DNA of 64,000 nucleotides, taken from assembly GCA_030390025.1 (NCBI GenBank), contig CM059431.1, forward strand, positions 159,342,001 through 159,406,000, in the 5' to 3' direction. The stretch comes from Squalus acanthias. Its lineage: Eukaryota. The notes below the pieces were generated by a model that made no database searches, was not told the DNA's origin, and saw nothing but the letters and a program-made list of their open reading frames with translations. Both the position numbers and the translations under genes were made by a program. Below, piece after piece: positions 60,781 to 64,000 of this stretch; position 1 is the first letter of the stretch; the number at the start of each line of letters is the position of its first letter.

Positions 60781-61604
60781 ATAATATCTTGCGATGCCCC
60801 CGGTTTGGAGTGGACTCAAACATACAGCACGGGCAGCCAGAGCGACCCCACTGTGATCCCCGCCAGGCCTGGACATACAAATTGCTGTCTTATTCAAAAG
60901 ATTGGGATTAGCGAAAGGATGGGGAATCTTTAATAGATCGAGAACTCTCAATCGATAGCAAACCGCCAATAATTTGTGAAATTATCAATAGATTGGTAAT
61001 CGATGAATCAGGAAACATTAATTGTACTGAGATCATGAAGAAGCGGCAAAGATATGCGAAAAAATAATGATTTTCGTAACATCGAACGTCTGGAACACAA
61101 TGTTCTCTCTGTGTCTATCTCCCGTCAATCGAAAATAACATTTAAAGTGTAGTGAATACTGACCTCAAAAAAAGCTTCTCCATGGTAAACTACTCCAGCA
61201 GAATTGTTAAATGTTCATTGTTTACATGGGGTGTTTGACATTCCAGCGAAGACGATGGGAGACAAGGGAATGGGGCTATTAAGAGCCTTCGCGAAAAAAG
61301 TAGTTTGTTAAAAATTGGAGCCTCAAAGCTTACACGTACAATGATCGAAACTTCACTCTTCGGTTTATGAGACCGACGCCTTTCTACTTGGACATTGCAA
61401 CTCACGGGAGTACAGCATATGATGATGAGCGGGCTAAAAATTTTAAATTATGAAGACAGATTACAAAGACTAGGCTTGTTTTCCCTTGAGTATAAACGAT
61501 TAATGGATTCTCTAATTGAGGTGTTAACATGATTACCTGATTTGGCATGTTTTCTAATTAAACATATAATTAAATTGAATTAAATAAAACAAGGTCATAT
61601 AGGG

Positions 61605-64000
61605 ATGGCAGTGCAGGTGGTGTGCCGCAACTGCAGCATGCGGGAGTTTGTGGAGAGCATTGTGATCCGGGACAACCACGTTTGCAGTAAGTGCCTGCAA
61701 CTTGAGGAACTTCAGCTCAGAGTTTTTGAACTGGAGTCTGAGGTGTAGACATTGCGGGGTTTCAAGGATGGGGAGAGTTACCGGGACACTTTGATCCTGG
61801 AAGCAGTCGCACCCCTTAGGTTAGGAAATGATACATGTCTGTTTAGCGGTCAGGGACAGGAGGGTGTGAGTGCAACTCAGACAGCGAAGGGGACCCCAGC
61901 TGAAGTGCTGGAGGCGACTAAGCCTTTGCCATTGGCCAACCGGTATGAGGTTCTTGCTGCATGTGTGGATGAAGGAAAAGCCTGCAGGATGGATGAGCAA
62001 GCTAACCATGGCACTATGGTGCAGGAGCACATCCAAGTGGGGGAGTGACAGGGAATGTAGTTGTGCTAAGGGACAGTATATTCAGTGGTTTATAGATACT
62101 GTTCTCCGCAGCCGCGACCGAGAGTTTCAAATGTTGTGTTGCCTGCCCGGTGCCAGGGTGAAAGACATCTCCTCGCGGCTGGAGAGGAACTTGGAATGGG
62201 AGGGGGAGGATCCAGGTGTCGTTGTCTACGTAGAAATCATCAAAATAGGTAGAACTAGGAATGAGGTTCTGCTGAGGGAGTTTGAGGAGCTAGGCTCGAA
62301 ATTAAAAAGCCGAATATCAAGTCAAAATATCTCTAGATCGTTACCTGAGCCACGTGCAAATTGACATAGGGACAAACAAATTAGAGGTTTAAATGCGTGG
62401 CACAAAGAGTGGTGTGGAAGGAAGGGATTTCACTTCATGCGGCACTGGCACCAGTACTGGGGAAAGATGGAGGTGTTCCGTTGGGACTAGCTCCACTTAA
62501 ACCAGACTGGGACCAAAGTTCTGGCGAACCGAATAGCAAGTGCAGTAGACAGGGCGTTAAACTAATGAAGGGGTGGGGGTGGGAGTTTGGAGGAAAGAAC
62601 CAGTTTAAAAGCAGCGAGAGAAATGTCAAGGCTCTAGAGCAGAGTAGAGTTTTGGGTAAAAATCAGCAGAGTGGGTCAAGAAGGGACAGAGAGAGTAACC
62701 AAGAAAATAAGGCATCAGTGACAAAGTGACATCGGGGAAAAATAGAAATCTGTCAATGCTGAAGGAGTGTGTTGGATAGTACTGGAGGGGAAGGTAGTGC
62801 TGGAGGCGTAAGTATTACCATATTAGATAGGAGCAGACTAAGAAAGAGTAGGAAAGATTCAAAAATGGGTTTAAAATGCATGTACATAAATGCACAAAGT
62901 GTGGTGAATAAAATTGGTGAGCTACAAGCACAATTAGCCGTTTGGTAACACAATGTTGTGGCAATAACGGAAACGTGGCTTAAAAATGGTGAGGACTGGG
63001 CATTAATATTCACGGGTTAAAGGTGTTCAGAAAAGATAGGGAAGAAAAAAAGGGAGGTGGGGTGGCAGTGCTGATTAAGAAAGACATTGGGCCATAAATT
63101 CGGCACTTGTCAGGTGAGTACGCGTTGTGTACTCACCGGTAAGGCCACCTGAAGTGCCGGGTTCCTGCATGCACAGCGCATGCGCGAGAAACCGGAACTT
63201 CCGTTCCCCTGGAGGGAGTGGTTCAGAAGTCGAACACGTGCGCGGGAGAGGCTGCGTGCACGCAGCGAAGTTTGATTTTTTTTCAGGCTTCTCCAGGAAG
63301 GTAAGTATGGAGAAGTTGCACTTTTAAAAAGGAGGCGCAAGGCCGGTTTTTAACAAGGTAAGTGTTTAATTAATTACAATTTAATCAGTTTTTCAACAGG
63401 TTTATCTTTTTTAGATACTTTAAAGAAAGGTATGTTTATTTTTAGTACCGTTAAAAAGTATAATTAATTTTCTCAAAAATTGAAATTTTTGTTTAAAGTA
63501 GTTAATTTGTGCAACCTATAGATATTTTAAAAATGTGATGTTTTTTTTTTATTTATTTGAAGTTTAAGTGTGGTTTTGGGGCCGATCTCTATTCATAGAT
63601 TTGACAGGTCCTGTCAAATCTATGAATGAAAATATCCTGCAAGGATTGGCTCTCCATGGCCCACGTGATCCCAGGGGACGCTTCGAACTAACTGCGCCCC
63701 TGGGATACGCAAGCACTGCGCGCAGGCAGCTGGAGGAGGCCCAGGACCCGAAGACCTCGTGGGCCCAAAGTACAACTGCAGGCATGGTAGTTAAGTACGT
63801 GCGTGATGCTTGCACCCGCAGGAGGCCGGAAAGCCGAATTTCTGGCCCTTTGTAGTGTTGGAAATCGAAGATGTTCTTCAGAGGATGAGACCAGAATCCA
63901 TTTGGTTAGAGTTGATGAGCAAAAAGGGTATTATCACGCTATTGGGGTATTCTACAGGCTTCCAAATAGTGAGAGGAAGGCAGAGGAGCAAATTTGCAGG
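61605..64000 (+). mobile_element. 5' part of a CR1 (ORF1 CxxC/esterase and start of endonuclease), running off the window
   Basis: MAVQVVCRNCSM...CSKCLQLEEL; CCLPGARVKDI; YINAQSVVNK..AITETWL. Confidence 0.85.
63089..63848. mobile_element. Non-autonomous TIR element (PIF/Harbinger-like MITE) inserted in a CR1 endonuclease region
   Basis: GGGCCATAAATTCGGC ... GCCGAATTTCTGGCCC (16-bp TIR, 1 mismatch). The flanks rejoin as CR1 aagacatt-gtagtg. Internal perfect palindrome at 63591-63627. Confidence 0.75.

Overview
Repeat-dense vertebrate genomic DNA, most likely from a shark or ray. This is inferred from an HE1-type SINE, abundant CR1 LINEs with (TTCTATGT)n-type tails, and a GPR139-like fragment. 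The centrepiece is a complete but decayed 14.1-kb provirus (6378-20496, +). It has two ~1.62-kb LTRs (TGTAA...TTACA, about 95% identical over the first ~330 bp compared by eye), a 4-bp ATTC target-site duplication and a tRNA-Arg PBS. Gag carries a coiled coil, a PSAPPSY late domain and one CCHC knuckle. Pol has a YVDD RT, a degenerate tether RNase H plus a second retrovirus-type RNase H, and an integrase. Env looks like a paramyxo/pneumo/baculovirus-F-type fusogen rather than a gamma/beta-type SU-TM, and carries an unexpected N-terminal Ig-like domain. A TM-containing accessory ORF runs into U3. This architecture best fits a lokiretrovirus-like ERV (inference; no database search was run). A second, related LTR with a PPT lies at 48666-49928 (-). 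The rest is nested CR1, RTE, Penelope, SINE and Harbinger-like MITE debris, several minisatellites, and a spliced NACHT-LRR (NLR) pseudogene at 52485-56563. No intact host gene, RNA gene or CRISPR array was found.
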